NCBI GenBank assembly: GCA_046563655.1
Contig: CM102289.1
Coordinates: 4,960,001-5,024,000 of the forward strand
Direction of reading: 5' to 3'
Length of the DNA stretch: 64,000 nucleotides
From: Yuukianura sp. NJ FZ-2021
Lineage: Eukaryota
Shown here: piece after piece, positions 9,758-24,800 of the stretch
Layout: each line of letters begins with the position of its first letter
How positions within the stretch are numbered: the stretch's first letter is position 1
Program-made: the position numbers and the translations under genes
Notes under the pieces: generated by a model
Seen by the model: the letters and a program-made list of their open reading frames with translations, nothing else
Told to the model about the DNA's origin: nothing
Databases searched by the model: none

Positions 9758-12700
9758 TGTTGTTGAGGAGCAGTGATTCTTTCCACTCCAACTCCTGATC
9801 CACATTTAGTTAAATGCAGCATTTGCAGTGTAAAACTTTCTTTCTGCTCTGTTTCCCATTGTGTAAAAAATTGCATGCAAAAGCTTATCAACACTCGTAA
9901 AACTTTTAATGCTAAGAGGTTCAGACAATAGACGCCAAGTTTAATACTTATTGTATGCTCCAACGCCTTTGTGAAAGGCATTGTACTTTAGCGCCAAAAA
10001 ATTTGAAGCACAACAGAAAATCTGCAACAAAACATGAACAAAATTTCAAAAAATTACTTTCATCAATCGATAATGCTTGGATTCTTTTGAATTTTGATTC
10101 TGTGTGGACAGGATAATTGGGTAGGGACATCCACATCTATCATGTGATGAATTTCGTCCAGTTTTTGGTATCAAGGCGCATGCGCAGTAACCTGTTTGGG
10201 CACACTCCAGTGGCCCAATCAATCACGGGGGTGACAGATCATGAACCCTCGTTCTGTTGGAATTAAACGGGGGAAACTTTCTGTCCAATCATAATTACTC
10301 CGTACTGAACCCGAGTTGGAATTAATTTTGAGCTGGAGAGAAGAAAATGAAATTGCGCGCCCTTTTTGTTCCATGGATGAAATGCTCAATTACGTAGGCA
10401 ATTTGTGGCGGTGGAAGTGAAAAATGGCGGCGGTGGGCTCGTGAATGAAGTGGTGGCGTAATGGTAATCCGCTCGATCCCATAAAGATTTTTAATCAAGA
10501 TGACTCTTACGTTGGAAGCGACCAAGGGAAACCCGGGTCCCAATGGGTCGTGAGCTTTCGCGCTCTTAAATTTCCAACTTTTTGAATTTTGGCGGTCCTG
10601 GAAAAGCGGGAGAGTCAGAAGTGGTAAGCCCCGATTTTTCCTGATCATTAGATTAGGCCTGAAGCAGCAGAGTATGGAAATTTGAACACATTCCCTTGAC
10701 ACCGACCGGGCTCAAACATTAGAGTCACAGAAATCCTAGCTGTTAAGATAAGAGTCCCTCAAGGGCTCCAATGCTACGCTCTAAAAAAAAAGAGCGCGAG
10801 GGAAATTTACATTTGAAATTCAAAAAAAAATCGTTGCGACTAGAATTTTTCCTAGTCGAGGAAATTCTACTTTCTCCTCAAAGCAGAGAATTCTTTTTTC
10901 GTTTCTTCTTTCGACCAATTTCTCCGCTCGTTGCAACACAAAAACTCAAAGTTTTTTTAAAACTTATTTTTAAAAAACTTCAAAAATTGAAGGAAAGTGT
11001 AATTTGTATTTGTTAAATGTGTTGATAGTGGCACTTTGCGTGATGCGTGGGAGGTGGAGTGGCTGTAGAGTGATGGTTTGTGGTGATGATTGGGATAAAT
11101 TGGATCCGAAGGCACTTTCAGAGTGCGGGATCTCTTCATCATCTTCTTCAAATCTCCCGGGACTTCTATTATCACTCGCCACTCAATCTACCCGCTTCAC
11201 ACTTCAACATCATACATCTCCTCAATTCAAAAGATAAACTTCTTCATGCCTCATGTTCTCCCAAAACTATCTCTCTGGATATTCCCAATAAAACTTTTTA
11301 AATCTAACTGCATTTCCTGACACAAACGTGTTTTGGTTCTAAATCATTTTTGAACCATGATATCTTTTTGAATCAAGTTCAAAAAATTCTTGTCTAGTCA
11401 TTGGTCAACCAGCTTAAAAAATTAAAATCACAAAAAAGCTCTGACTCATCATAAACTCTGTTTCCATGCTCAAAAGTTAAGGTTAGTAATTTTTTTTTAT
11501 CTCGACTTTAGCTAACTTTTTGATGAACTTTGTAAGTTGCTCTGACTGCATTTTAAGTTAATTTTGGTTATCCCTTTGACTTGAACTTCATCAAATTTTC
11601 CATATGTGGCTGACACTGAATTTGAAGATGATAAAACCAAAGTGAATAAGCTTTTTCTATGAAAAAAGAATAATAACGGCGGTTTTTTTTGTCGGAAATT
11701 TCGAAAGGGATTCAAGTACTTTTCCTCGCGTGTCGTCATGAAATGGTAGCTACAATGGCGGTTTATTTTGAAATTCAAAATCCAGGTAAGTTCGTACTTG
11801 GGGAAAAACGAAAAAGACAATGGATTTGGGAAAGTATGGGGAGGAGAAAGTGCTCGTACTTTCACGAAACACACAGTTTTCTGTCCATTAAATTCTGAAC
11901 ATGCAAACAAAATGGCCGCTCTAAAAAAGTCATGAAAACAGGTCATAACGAAGCGTGACATATGCTGAATTGTGTATGGTTTCCAGTGATGTCCAAATAT
12001 TTTTTAAAAATAAAAAAAATTGGAGTTAGTACTGCGTTTTTGTACGCCAAAACTTTTTTGGACTTTGGATTTCTTAGATCTTTTGAAATGTTTGGGTTTT
12101 GTTCGAGAAGAAATTTTGAGTGACGTCAAGGGAAATTAGAGATTGTGTTAGTCACACATTTTGTTTTTACCTTGCACAAAAGCGTCCTTACCCCTGACAC
12201 AAATATTGGTCCATATGAACAAAGCTGTAAGATCAACAAAACTTTGACCTTTGACCTCTACAAATATGATTCCACCTTGTCGTCTCTCGCCTGGCTGGAG
12301 ACAATGACTGTTACATCCAGTTCCAAACTGGTTCAATCTGGACATTATTCGTAACCAATAAAATTTTTCAGCAGAATTTCATCTACTTCAGCGCAATTCT
12401 TAGATTCTAGAAAGTAGAGGTTCTAAAAATGGGTTTTAAAGGCCACATCGCACCAGGAAAAGGAATAAATTTTCGTAATAGGGACACAGGGAGCAAAAGA
12501 GCAGCAGCAAAAGGAACGATTATTTTAGACTCGAGTCCTTTAAACTTTGAAATTTTTAGTTAGTGATTGTGCCTTGTTTTATACATAGACGTGTCCAAGC
12601 GTCCAGGGAAGATGATGTCGATGGGAAATTTTTTGGTAGTCGGTGCATTTGATAGCTCCGTGAGGTCAAAGATTCCGAGTCAAAAGTTTTTGAGGTTTGT

Positions 12701-12997
12701 CAATTGAAGAAACAGTTCGTCAGATGGGAAGAGGGGCCTCGTGACGTGGTCCATCCTCTTCGTCATTGTCATCTTATTCCAACATCTTGATAAAGTCAAG
12801 TATAAACCCAACTGTTTCTGGACCAAACTGTTCCACATTTTCGTATCCTGTTAATTTCCACCCCATCTTAAGTTTTTGTGTTTTTCAAAAGTGCGTTAGA
12901 GACTTTTAGTTTTGGACTGTCGAATCCTTGGCCACTGGAAAATTACTGAGGACAAACTCCAGTCCTTTGGACGTAAACAATTTCTGGAATCTGGAGG

Positions 12998-13078
12998 TAT
13001 AAAAGTGTTGGTCCACCACTCAACAAGTTTCTCACTTTTGCGAATGATTTTCATGAGCAACAACGGAGTTCAAGGTCA
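12998..13078 (+). promoter_or_regulatory. Putative TATA-box core promoter of the SLC35G gene with a downstream TCAAGGTCA site
   Basis: TATAAAAG at 12998-13005, ~240 nt upstream of the ATG. AGTTCAAGGTCA (DR0 / FTZ-F1-type site) at 13067-13078. Upstream CRE TGACGTCA at 12121-12128. Confidence 0.4.
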
Positions 13079-13243
13079 ACTAGTTTCATGTCAATAAGAG
13101 TCTCGGTTGGTGATATCTTGCAATTGAACTGAAGACTTTTTAAAATCTTTTCTGACAAAAAACTTTTTAAAAACTTGGTTTCATAAAACCCAAGTTTCTG
13201 AAACTACAATTCCTCCAAAGGACTAATTTTTTGAAAATTCAAA

Positions 13244-15035
13244 ATGAAGTTGGTCGGAGTACCGTTTTGGACTGAAAATGAAGTCAAAAATCCTGCGGCA
13301 GCTATAATTCCACCTGACGTCAGAGAACAATCTGCCCCAGTTGCCACAACGTCAGACGTCAAGGAATCCGCGTATGTCGAATTACCGTCAACGCCAGTGA
13401 TAGCACTCGGTCCATGTCAAGTAGCAGCCAAAGCATTGCATCCCATGATGACAAGGGCACCACCACACAGAAGCGTCAGCGAAGGTGTAAACAACAATGA
13501 AAACGAAATCAAGTCACTGGATCTGAGTAGTGCCATACCACGATTTCGAGCCAAATCTTACGGAACGATTCCGATCAACGGAACTTCGGGACAAACTGAT
13601 GACGAAGACGATTCGGACTATGAAGGAAGCTACGAAGGAGGATTTCCGAGTGAAGCCGGATGGAGTACTCGGATGCACCGAAGGCAGTCGATTGTAAAAC
13701 CGGAAACTTGTTGTGTCCAGTACATTGGAATTATCTTTGTGTTGTGGTATACGATCTTCTCGTCTCTGTCGGGCCTTACCGTAAAACTTCTAGAAAAAGA
13801 ATACCATCCGTACAACATTTGTTTCTGGAGATTCCTTAGCGTTGGATCAATTTCACTCATTGCCATTGCGTACACCAAACTCTGCACCGACAAAAAGTTG
13901 TGGCCACGACCTCTCGTCGAAGAGAAACACGAACATGCCAAAAATATGTTCTTACTACTGGTAAGTAGAAAGCTTAACTGAACTTTTACGGTACTTTTTA
14001 AAAAACTAGCAATCATTTCTCGCACAAAAATTCATGTAAGGTTAGGTTTTGCTGAAAGTTTTGCGAGACAAACTTTCTCTAATTTTTTTTCCCAAATTTT
14101 ATAAATAAGAATTTTAAAAATTTCAGCTCCGTGGAATCCTCGGTTGTGCTGGTCGTATTTTGTACATTTTTTCAATCACTTGCATGAACCTCTCAGATGC
14201 TATGGTGATTGCATCTTCTTCTCCAGTGTTCATGACTTTCTTTGCATACTTTCTCCTCGGAGAAAGTTGCGGCATCGTTCCTGTCGTCGTGGCTGTTATC
14301 ACACTTGTCGGAGTTGGAATTATAACGCGCCCTCCATGGCTCACTGGCGAGGGACATTATGACGCCGAAGTTCTGGTAAGAAAATACGCAGTTCGGCCTG
14401 AATTTCACACGCGTGTGGGTCGTCACGTAACAAACTTTTATCAATTGTCTGTATCTCATTTCAGCTTGGAACTGGGACTGGATTTGGAGGGATGATCCTC
14501 ACCACGCTAGTGATGATCGTGATGCGCAAGTTGCGTCACGTGGACGTGTCACTGATAACACTGTCTTTTGCATCGTGCGGTGTCCTTGCGGCCTCCGTGC
14601 TTTGTCTCAAGGATGACGTTTTCGTAGTTCCCAGCGCCAATTTTAGAGATATTTGGCTTCTTTTTGCTTCTGGAGCCACGAGCTTCCTGGGTCAAACTTT
14701 TTTGACATTGGGACTCAAGTATGAAAGCGCAGGCGTTGTGGCACTTCTCTCAAATTTTGCAGTCGTCTTCAGTTTTATTTTTGAATACATTTTCATCCAT
14801 GTCCCGCCAGACGTTTACAGGTACTACACAACAGAAGTTTTCAAAATTTTTGTGTTTTTAGTCATCTTTTGAAAAGAGAGAAATAATTAAAATTCTGAAT
14901 TTTTTAACTTTTTTCAGTATCTCTGGCGGAATCATCGTCGTTTTGTGTATCGTGGTGACAACGTTGCGAAAATGGATCGGAAACCTGCCTGTCTACAACG
15001 ACATCCGTGAACGGTTTTGGTTTCTGCTCGTATAA
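13244..15035 (+). CDS. SLC35G1-like (EamA/DMT superfamily) transporter, 479 aa
   Basis: Exons 13244-13960, 14127-14375, 14465-14820 and 14918-15035 total 1440 nt. A long hydrophilic N-terminus is followed by about ten TM segments with EamA motifs LLRGILG, LSDAMVIASSSPVFMTFFAYFLLGE, GVGIITRPPWL, GQTFLTLGLKYESAGVV and PDVYSISGG. Confidence 0.9.
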
Positions 15036-15764
15036 GTTCTGCGCATGCGTCTTAGTTTCCTAGTTGATTCACTGTGCGCAAGTAGACTGTAGTTTTGTTA
15101 TGCAAATTTCGTACGCGGCCGCTCACTACTCATAGTAGGTAAAAAATTTTTGATGCGGCTTAGATTCCTTTTATGTCACGAAAAATATTTTGTGATCCTT
15201 GACCTCTCAAGCCACCGCCTAAAAATAGACGTTTAAGGAAGTGATGGAACTCGAGTATTGTCAAGCACAAAACCAATGTGATTCCACTATTTATTTCCGC
15301 CTTTCTCAAAAGTCATATGCTTTAACCCACTGTGAAGCAACAAACTAAATGTATTTACTATAAGAATTATATATTAATATTATATAATTCATTGAAATAA
15401 ATAAGGTTTCTTTTGTAACAAATTCTAGTCGAAGGTTTTCCGTATTGAACCAAAATATTCAAATTGAATTACTTTTCTATCCCAAAATTGGCCAGATTTT
15501 GATTTTCCAATTTGGTTGCAGTGAAGACATTGACATTCAAAATCAAATTGGAGTTTGGTGCTCCCGCCAATTGAAGCCCAAAGCTCAAACCCACTCAATT
15601 AATATGTATAAGGAATTAGTTAGAGAGTAATGGACCAGTAACCAAATTTGAAACTTTTGGACATAGGAAAAGTCCCGCCAAAATTCAATTACTCCCGGAG
15701 CCTTTTCTCTTCATTCAATTACTCTCTGTGATCCGAGTGAAAGCTCTTGGGTGGCCAATACTGC

Positions 15765-15897
15765 CCGTTGTTGTCACCCTACCATAAGAGGCGACCGTTG
15801 TTGTCACCCTACCATAAGAGGCGACCGTTGTTGTCACCCTACCATAAGAGGCGACCGTTGTTGTCACCCTACCATCAGAGGTGACCGTTGTTGTCAT
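15765..15897. repeat. 30-bp tandem minisatellite (ccgttgttgtcaccctaccataagaggcga) x ~4.4
   Basis: Three identical units, one variant unit and a partial unit, head to tail with no spacers. Confidence 0.95.
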
Positions 15898-18800
15898 CTT
15901 CCCCTTTCTTCCACTTCCGATAAATCACTTTCTCCTTCCAAAGCGCCCGGAGTCTCACTTTACCCCATTTCCAGCTGAATAATTTAAATTTTGTGGCGGG
16001 GTGTGAAAGGCATTTGATAGAATTAGGCAGAAGGATGAGTGGCATAGCCCGAGGCTGAAGCCAAATGTTTTATTGGGCGAGGTCAGAGGTCACGGGAGCT
16101 ACTTGAAACCTTGGGGATGGTAATTAAAGGTGTTGTAACACAGGGAGGCGCCACTTTTCGAATTCTTTACAGTGGGAAGTGGTAATGAAGTACGGCGGTT
16201 AATTCAAAGATCTCAGTAGGAAGTGATTTATTTCCTCTTTGTGGTTTCATAAGTTACAAAAGCGTTCCGGGTTTCTCCTGTTCGGTGAGTCTGTGAATCA
16301 AATTGACTCCCAAAGAGTCAGATTCAAAAGAATCGAGGATCTGAAATTCATTCGGGATGCTTCCACTCACTTGATTTTCAAAATGACACTGGGAGGTCCT
16401 ATGCATCGGAAACTGAAAAAAATACAAGACCGCTGACATTAACCTTAAGTTTCCACTTTAAAAAAAGAACTACACGGGCGAGTTTTAGATCCGGTAAACG
16501 TACGCTCGAATTTCAAAAAACAGATTTAGAATTCAAAATTTTGAAATTTTATTATCGTGATTTTGATCTTTCATTGGAGAAAATCCGATTTTTTTTGTGA
16601 TGCGTTGCAGTTAAACTCCCCGTTGCTTTTGGGTTTTGTAGTTCGGTTGACTGGAATCAATTTCAGTGAAATAAATCACTCATTTGTCAAAAAGTTCCAA
16701 CAGAGTAACAATGATTTTATTTTAAAAGTGAGAACAATTCCATTGTAATCCCATCACTTAGCAACGCCTTCTGGAAGCAAGTGAGTAATTTATGTGGTGA
16801 CGGTGACTTACACTCCGTAGGGGAACGCAACCGCAGGATCATTTGGAACATGATTAGCATTCGCCACACCTGAGGCCATTTTAATCAAAAATTGTACAAA
16901 AGCTACTTAACTTTTCAGAAAAGAAAAGTTTTTGAAATGTAAAATGTGAGTGGTTTTTGAAATTAAACGCTGCCGCCATAATGTTCATGTGCCTCTAGTT
17001 AGCTCATTGTTGTAAACCTTAATTGTTGTGTCCCTCCGCGTGGCTATTAAGTGACAATTGACTTGATTTTTAACCGTTTCAAATCTTGCCGCAATTTTAA
17101 TAGCTTCCGGACGACATTTGAGTCTCAGCGGGACTTAATTAGAGCTGTCAAGAAATCCGGGAGCGGGAAAAATTGAAATATCAAAAAGAAGTGGGCGGAA
17201 GTGTTCAACCGCGTACTCATTTCCTCACCTCCTGCAACGGTTGACAAAACAAAACAAAAGTTTTTCAGAACAGAAACTCAATTTTTTAAACAAATTGTTC
17301 TCATTGATTTTATTAAGTATAAAAAAAATTAAGTTTGGTTTTTAATGTAATCTTTCTGGAATTATAGATTCCTTGATAGGGGAAAGTAGATTGAGTGAAA
17401 GTAGCTTTTATGAAATTCTGAAAAATATTCAAGTGAAAGTCTTGCGAAGTAATAAAATTGGAAATTGGGAAAAAAGTAGCGTTGGACGAAGTACTTTTGC
17501 TAGGGAGCTTCGAGTCAAGACTCGACACTTGAGTCGAAGCAAAGAGGGAGGGAGTCGTTGATTCATTGGAGGTCACTCAGAGGTCACTTCGACCCAACTT
17601 CAATTCCATTCCACCTCTTACGAAACTCAACCCCAATCGCTCCTTCCGAAATTTCATCTCAACAGCGTTTTTGGTTTCTCAAAAAGCCAACTTTTTGCTT
17701 TCTCTTGCATGAATTTCCCTTGTCCATTTTTCTTCTGAGAAACAAATGTCGTAGTCTTCAAAACCGAACACGACGCTCGGAATATTTAGAAAATTTTCAT
17801 CCTCACTTCAATCTTCAATATAGTTGGTTTTGATTAAAACAAAAGAAAACGAGATGCATCTTATTTGTTTAATTTTATACGATTTTTTTTTCAAAATTTT
17901 GATTTTCGGTGTCTACGACTTATGGAAAACATGGATGCTATTTGGCCTAAGTCTATGTTGCGTGGAGATGTATGGGCCTATTAAGTAAAACCCTTTCCGC
18001 TTTCCCCCACTTTCCCCTGTCCACAAATGGGCATTTCCTCCGGATCCCCACTTCTCCTTTCCCACAGAGTGACATGACCAAAGGCCTGCTCAATTCCCTA
18101 TTTTCCAAAAATATCTCATCATCCCCCACATAAATCCTCACAAGTAACCCTTTTACTCTTTTTTTCAAGCTAAGCGCTCTTTTTTTCAAAATACGCGCCT
18201 TTTTTCCACTGTTCATGCTCTTTTTTTTGTGGTCAATGGTTGTGACAGAAAGTCCTAAAATCCCGCTCACTTTTACTTTTTTCTCTCCTAAACTGACTGA
18301 GAGAGTAGCAAAAAGAAAATGCGAGATTTCCATATTTTTGTTGTTGGTGGAATCAATTCTCAATGCTTCATACTTCAAAAAAGTCCTCAACATAATTTTG
18401 TACTAAAATTTTACGAGAAGATTTTCAAGGTTTTAGGAAAAACAAAAAACCAAAAGAAGTTTACGAAATATGGAAACAAAAATTTAAACGTCAAGTATTT
18501 TCAAAAGCCTAGAAAATTTCTTTCAGAAAAACCTGTTCAAAGCATAAATAATTTCAAATTTTTGACACACTTGAAAATAACACGAAAAAATTGCCGAAGC
18601 GTGATGATTTTCTCTGGATTTTTGCAAAGTCATAGAATTGAAAAATGCTTTTTGAGAGTAAATTTTGCAATTGTGCAAATTTAAAAGCACTTCGCAATCG
18701 CATGCTTTGGTGAACACGAAACAACTATATTTTTTGAAAGCCTATCAAAATTTAGACGTTGGGGGTTCCTTTCGCGTGCAGTTTTTTTTGGTTCATAATT

Positions 18801-21800
18801 TTAAAGTTCTTAAATTTTCTGTGTGGTCATTCCTGATTGTTATTTACTTAAATCCTTAATTTTTTTCAAATTATGTGGAGGGATTTAAGCGCTCACTTTG
18901 ATTCGTTTGTGTCATTGTTGCTAGTGCGAACAAAATAAAAAAAATAATGGAGGATTTGTGCATTGTCGAGCCACGATTCTTTGGTGGGCGTCTTTCATCT
19001 TGTGCGGCGTCTTTCTTAATGCAGTGTGTTTTTCCCGCTTTATTTGTGTAGCGTCAATAAGGTGTAAAAGCCCCTCCAGTTACTTCTGTGCAAAGTGGAT
19101 TAAAACTTCCGTTTGTTTCCTTCTGATAACATTCCGCCTTTGTCATCCATTAACGTTTTTTTTACACACGACCAAATTTTAGTTACATTTTTTGAATTTT
19201 ACACAAAAAGTACAAAGCCGAAACAATTTTTTTTACTGATTTGAGACAAAAACGAAGTTTCGGGAAGTGGAAAGAAAAGTAAATTCTTTTGATTCCACCT
19301 AACAAGAGGAGGGTTTCGGATTAAAGTTTTAGAAAAGAGAAAGTGAAACCCCTTCCTACTGTATCTCTTGCTTTCACTTCTTCCTCTTTGCGCCTTTTTT
19401 GAAAAGAGCTCCATGATTTGAAAAATTCAATTTGAAGTGGATTTTGAGTTTGGATTTCCTTTGTCCCTGTCACCGCAAATACAGGCACAATGGAGTGAGA
19501 ATCAGAATCCAACAAAACGGGAGTCGGTAGTAACAAATTCAAAGGAGCGGATGGGAGCGGGAAACAATTGAAAGTGAGCGCACAGCAAGACACGTCGCAG
19601 CTTGAATCCGAATGCTAAGCATCCTCAAGAGGAAGTGAAGTAAAAGCATAATGGAGCCCTGTGAAAACTGATGCAACGAGTCTTCAACGACGTTTTGAAT
19701 CCAGATCGACTCAAAAGATGAAGATGACAAAGGAAACAGAGTTGATAAAGAGTGGATTAAGACTCTGAAGTACGCGCGCGCGTTATTTCAAAATGATTCT
19801 CAAGTCAATCAGGCGGGAAGTCTCAAGAGATAAAGCCTGGAATCGTATCTTTCCACTTTATGTCCTCCATTGTCTCCTTCATGAGGAGTAACTTTGTAAA
19901 TCTACACTTCCGCATATGTCGTCAAAATTTTGAACTTATGGCGCTGAATTTTAAATTTTAAACTTAAATTTCGACCTAAATTTTGTCCCTTTTGTAACAC
20001 AAAAATTGCAGGCTCCCTAAACATGCTTGAGGACAAAATTTTGAACAGAAAAGTTTGGTTTGCAATGTATATTTGTGTCAATTTTTCATTTTTGAAGATT
20101 TGATTAGCGGATAAAAGTCATCCTTGAACCGTTTCTTTCTCCCGCTCAATTTCATTACTTTTGAAACCCGTCCTCGTCCTAGCGGGAAACGTTCACCCTA
20201 CCACATTTTTTGAAAATATATTGCTGCTAATATGACTTTTTCAAAAACGCATTGTTTCATTTTATGGAGAATTGTGAACAATAAAAATTCATATCGAATG
20301 CCTCATGAGAACTCCTGAGTTAAATGTATTGGAAATGTTTAGAAAAAGAAAAGGGGTTCGAGTTTTAATGTTCAGTCGGGGGAAAGGGTTTGACTTTTTT
20401 TTTGAAAATTGGCGGTTCTTAATGGACCGCAACGATGACCAAGGGAGAAAAAAAAACAATAATTTTTTTTTGGATGTGCATGCGCTGAACTTTGCTTCCG
20501 TTGACCACAAATGGACAAAAAAAATTGTTAGTTGGAACTAATCAGAGACAATGAAGAGAAACTGGAAACGGAAAGTGATTTGAGACAAAACGTCAGAAGC
20601 CTCGGAGAAATTTCCGGTGCTTTCTACAACAAACTTTCTCTTGGTAATTCTCTAGAGAATTTTAGAAAATCTAGATTTTCTAGAAAACTCCCCAATTCCT
20701 TCCAACTCAACAAATAGCTTCCGCTTTCCGTTCTCTCTTGTCCAAAATTATGACTTTGGTGAAAGGAAAAAGTGTGGCAGAAAGATAATGGAGTTCTTCG
20801 CCTAAGAGTTGACATGAAATCGATCCACTTTCTCTTTTTTCACCACTTTTGAAAAGTTACTCCCTCCAATTTTTTTTCTTTTTTGAAATTACCACGCAGA
20901 AAAAGTTGACTTTTCAGCATATTTTGACTGTCAGTGTCGCCTAAATTTTTACAAAGCACAATTTTTTAATTTCAAGTTAATCATCTTCTGTCATTTCAGC
21001 AAAAAAGAATTTTTTTTTTGTGTTCAAATTTTGAAAATTGAAATTAACTGTACAGAACAAGTGTAAGTTTCAAGTGAGACATGTAATACAATAAATTGGA
21101 AGTTGTATGAAAATAACAATTAGAAGTTATTGCTCTGAGGCTCATATTTCTTGATTTTGTGTCAAGCCAAAAAGAGACAAAGGGAAAGCGTGTGGTGGAG
21201 ATTAGATTTTAAACTTTCCCTCTCTACAACACTTAAACTTTCCCGCTTTCAAACGACGGTCTGCTTTTGGGGCCGTTTGAGACAGTTGCCAAGCAAGGAT
21301 GACTGAGCTAATCAGGCAATAAATATTCAGCTTATGCAAAACGTGGGACTAGGGATTGAGACAATAGGAGACACAAATGCCTTTTCAAATTCTCCCGCGC
21401 TTCGTGTTCAATGTCACCCAGCCATAATTCATCTTCCAGCGTAATAGAGATTCATTGAGCTCCAACACCTTAAATCAAAATCAGTCTCTGAATCTCAATT
21501 CCGTTTTGTTCCAATTTTTAAATTGCGGCGCGTGCCGCGAAAAGTGGAACAATTGCAAAAAAAAATCGTTTCTAAAAAGTTTTAGCTTTTGGGCGTTGTT
21601 CGCCCTAGACGAATGAGTGTGAAAATTCCACTTGACTCGTTTCCCCATGACAAATTAAATTTACATGGAAATAATACGCCAAATTTTGAATTGTTCAGTG
21701 ACGGGAAAGGGAGTTTGTTCTTCCTGTTCCCATTGTAGTACTAAAAGTTAAATAAATCAAATACAATTTGGTAAAACAAGGGCTGCCAAGAGCTAATTGC

Positions 21801-24800
21801 CACAAATTCCCATCTCAATTTCCCCTGAGTTTCACTATGGGCAGGGCAAGAGATGGAGGGCGACTCGGGCGCTTTATTTGATTTTGATATTTCTCACTTT
21901 ATGACTTCCACAATTTTCCACAAAGTCAGAGAGTTCATGCATATTCATGACAAACTATGGTGGAACTGGAGGATCCTAATTGCCCAACGTCGTCAGCGGG
22001 ATGAGTGATTAGGCCTCTTATGACACTCCAGAAAACAATTGAATTTCCGCGCGCCTAGCGCGGAAAGCACAACTGTATTCTCTGTCATAATACGTATCTA
22101 TGTGCTTCTAATCTCTCAATGCTACCAAGATTTGAAATTTAGCACACAAGCTATTAATGCTCAAACCAAAAGAATGCGCTTTGATAGTCATGATAATGAA
22201 TGCATTTTTTTCTAAAAGGTTGGTCAATAAATTACGGAAAAAGAAAGGCAGAAGGAGCTTCTGAGTTTCATCATGTATTTTTTGGCACCACTGTTTGAAA
22301 CGCCAGAGTTGAAGAAACTGCGAAAACTGCACGGAACTGGTTTGTTAGGTTGGGATTAGGTTATGTTTAAGGTTCGTGGCTCATGTTAGGTTAGGCTGGT
22401 GCATAGGTTATGTTTTGTGAAAAGTGTTAATTTCGTCATGATTTGTTGTAGTGTTGCTTGGTAAGTTGAATCCATTAATTTCGTAGTTAGCAGGTGCATT
22501 TCCCAGTGTCTTCTTCTAATTAACTTTTCTCCCTCCGTTGTTCTTTGGAGCCAAAAGTGTGAAGAAACAGCTCATTTCTCAAAGTGCTTCTGCGTAGTTC
22601 CTTTCATCTTCACAAGAACTAAAATCATTAACTTCCAACAACCAAACTGAAGCAGAGGCATTAAGTGCATTAATCACGCTCATCTTCCTAAAAACATTGG
22701 CCCAAAAAGTTCAAAAATGTTCGAATTCGAACGTTCGAAACGTGAAACTTCTCCTTCCTGACGATACGATCAAAGAGATCAAAGAAATATTTTTTGAAGC
22801 AGTCTCGCTGTTTGTTTGACCTGAAGAATGGAAGTTTGACTAAATTTAGTCTAACGGGCTTCAGCGTCTATTTTTTTCGTCTACTTATGCGACCAGAATA
22901 ATTTAAAAAAATGCGGGAGAGATTCGGTTTCCCGCGTAGTCCGATCCCCTGTTTTTATGGATCACTTTTCCAAAGTGGCACTTGCCTCTCCAAGTCAACT
23001 GCTTTTTTATATTTATCTTCTTCTTCTTGTGGCGCACTTTGGCGCTGTTTTTTAAAAAAGAGGAAGTTGGTGCAGAGGGAGGGTGGTGCGTCGTGTCATT
23101 GACACAAAGTAAGTGGAGGGGAAGGCAGAGAAAATAAATCCGAAAATACTTTTTACCAATTTCTCTCCTCACTCTTCATTCCATTATTGAAATTGACAGA
23201 TGGAATTATTAGGATGGGCTTTTAGGTTACCCACAACCTAACCTAACCAACCTAATGTTAGGTTTTTAGGAACCTCAACCTAACTGGATTCGACGGAGGG
23301 AGAGGAGACACACAAACCACAGGATGAGAGAAACAATTCATTTTGTGTCTTCGGTCGGAAGGGAAATAAAATTGGCTCAGGAGAAAGCACTGGAAAAACT
23401 ACTTTCACTTTTTGGCTTTCAAGACCACAACAAAGTGGCTACAAAATATAACTTTGTTCGTTGAACGCATCGTCTTTTCAAGTTTTTTTTAGATGCACAA
23501 GAATCAAAATTTCAATTCCTGTTTCAAATTCTCGAGAAGAATTTTGAATCAATTCAACAACATCAACAATTCTGCTCACATCCGTGAAAATCAAATCTAC
23601 TTTCACTTTCTCTTTTGTAAATTTCTTGGTTTTTTACTTTCACACCCCAACTTTTCTCTTTTGAATTCAAATTTTGTCAACAATTTTGTTTCTTAGAGTA
23701 TCTGAAGCCGTTTCTTGTACAAATTTTAGGTCAAGGGTCAGAAAATGCGCTTTTGAAAACCGCAACATCCAAGTAAAACGGTTTCAATTTCTTGGTGATT
23801 TAGAAGAAAAGTTGTTGAAGCGGTTTCGTTCAAAAGTTAAAACAAACAAGGAGGAGCAGATCTTTAAGTCTCGTGTAATTTCAGCCAAAGTGTCCATTTC
23901 TAAGGGTCCGTTTCTTTCCCACGGTTGTGTCCGAAGGGTCCCCTTCCGGGAGCTCCTTTGGACATTTATGACTGAAACTCACTAATTCTTGACATATGGA
24001 CATGGAACCAAAACCGCAAGGGACAACTTCTGTCTTCCTAACTCAATCAACTGTAAAGAACTTTTTCAAAACTGCTTTTTCAAAAAATTTGTTCTAAAAA
24101 AGTTCAACTTGAACTTTATGTCCGTGTCCAATCGACTCCTATCATTGTCCCCTTCCTCAAATTGAGTTTTCAAAGTGAGGGGGACTGAATTTTCTAAGAA
24201 GAAAAAAAGTTTTGGATAGCATAACTTTAAAAAAAAAGTTTTTAGAACTTGAGCTACCGTCCAGTGACGCTTGACAAAAACTGAAATAGAGTTGGATGGT
24301 GAAAGAAAAGTGACATGGCCCATGTCACTTTGAGATTAGGTTAGTTGGGTTATGATACAAGTGATAGCAAAGGGCCCATGCACCCTTGACTTATTGCATC
24401 CATGTCAAAAGGCATATAAACTCAAAAAAAAAAACATGAGCGAGAACTGGTATATGACGGGATGTGCTACTCAACATCATTTATAAAAATTTTAAACTGA
24501 AAAGTATCAAATTTCGAAATTTCGGACGGGTGCGGACGTAAGGGAGCAGATTTGGGCGCCAAGGGGCTCTTGCTGTTGTGGTCATGTTTGTAGGACCCTT
24601 TGACAGGGTGACAACAAGTTGACAAGCAGGTCCCACCTCATCTATGACACTTGACAAGGGAACCTTTCGTCTTATGTCACTCGATTCAGTTTACTTCATT
24701 AGGCTAAAAACCTAAAATTAGGGTAAAAACCGAAATTGGTTAGGCTTTTCGGTTTGGCCAAACAGGAAATGACCTCAGGCTTGACCTGTCAAAATTTCAA

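Noticed and set aside
15765..15897. 30-bp repeats resembling a CRISPR array, and the repetitive ORFs over them (15715-15897, 15751-15978)
   Set aside because: Units are contiguous with no unique spacers, there are no cas genes and the context is eukaryotic. The ORFs merely translate the minisatellite.
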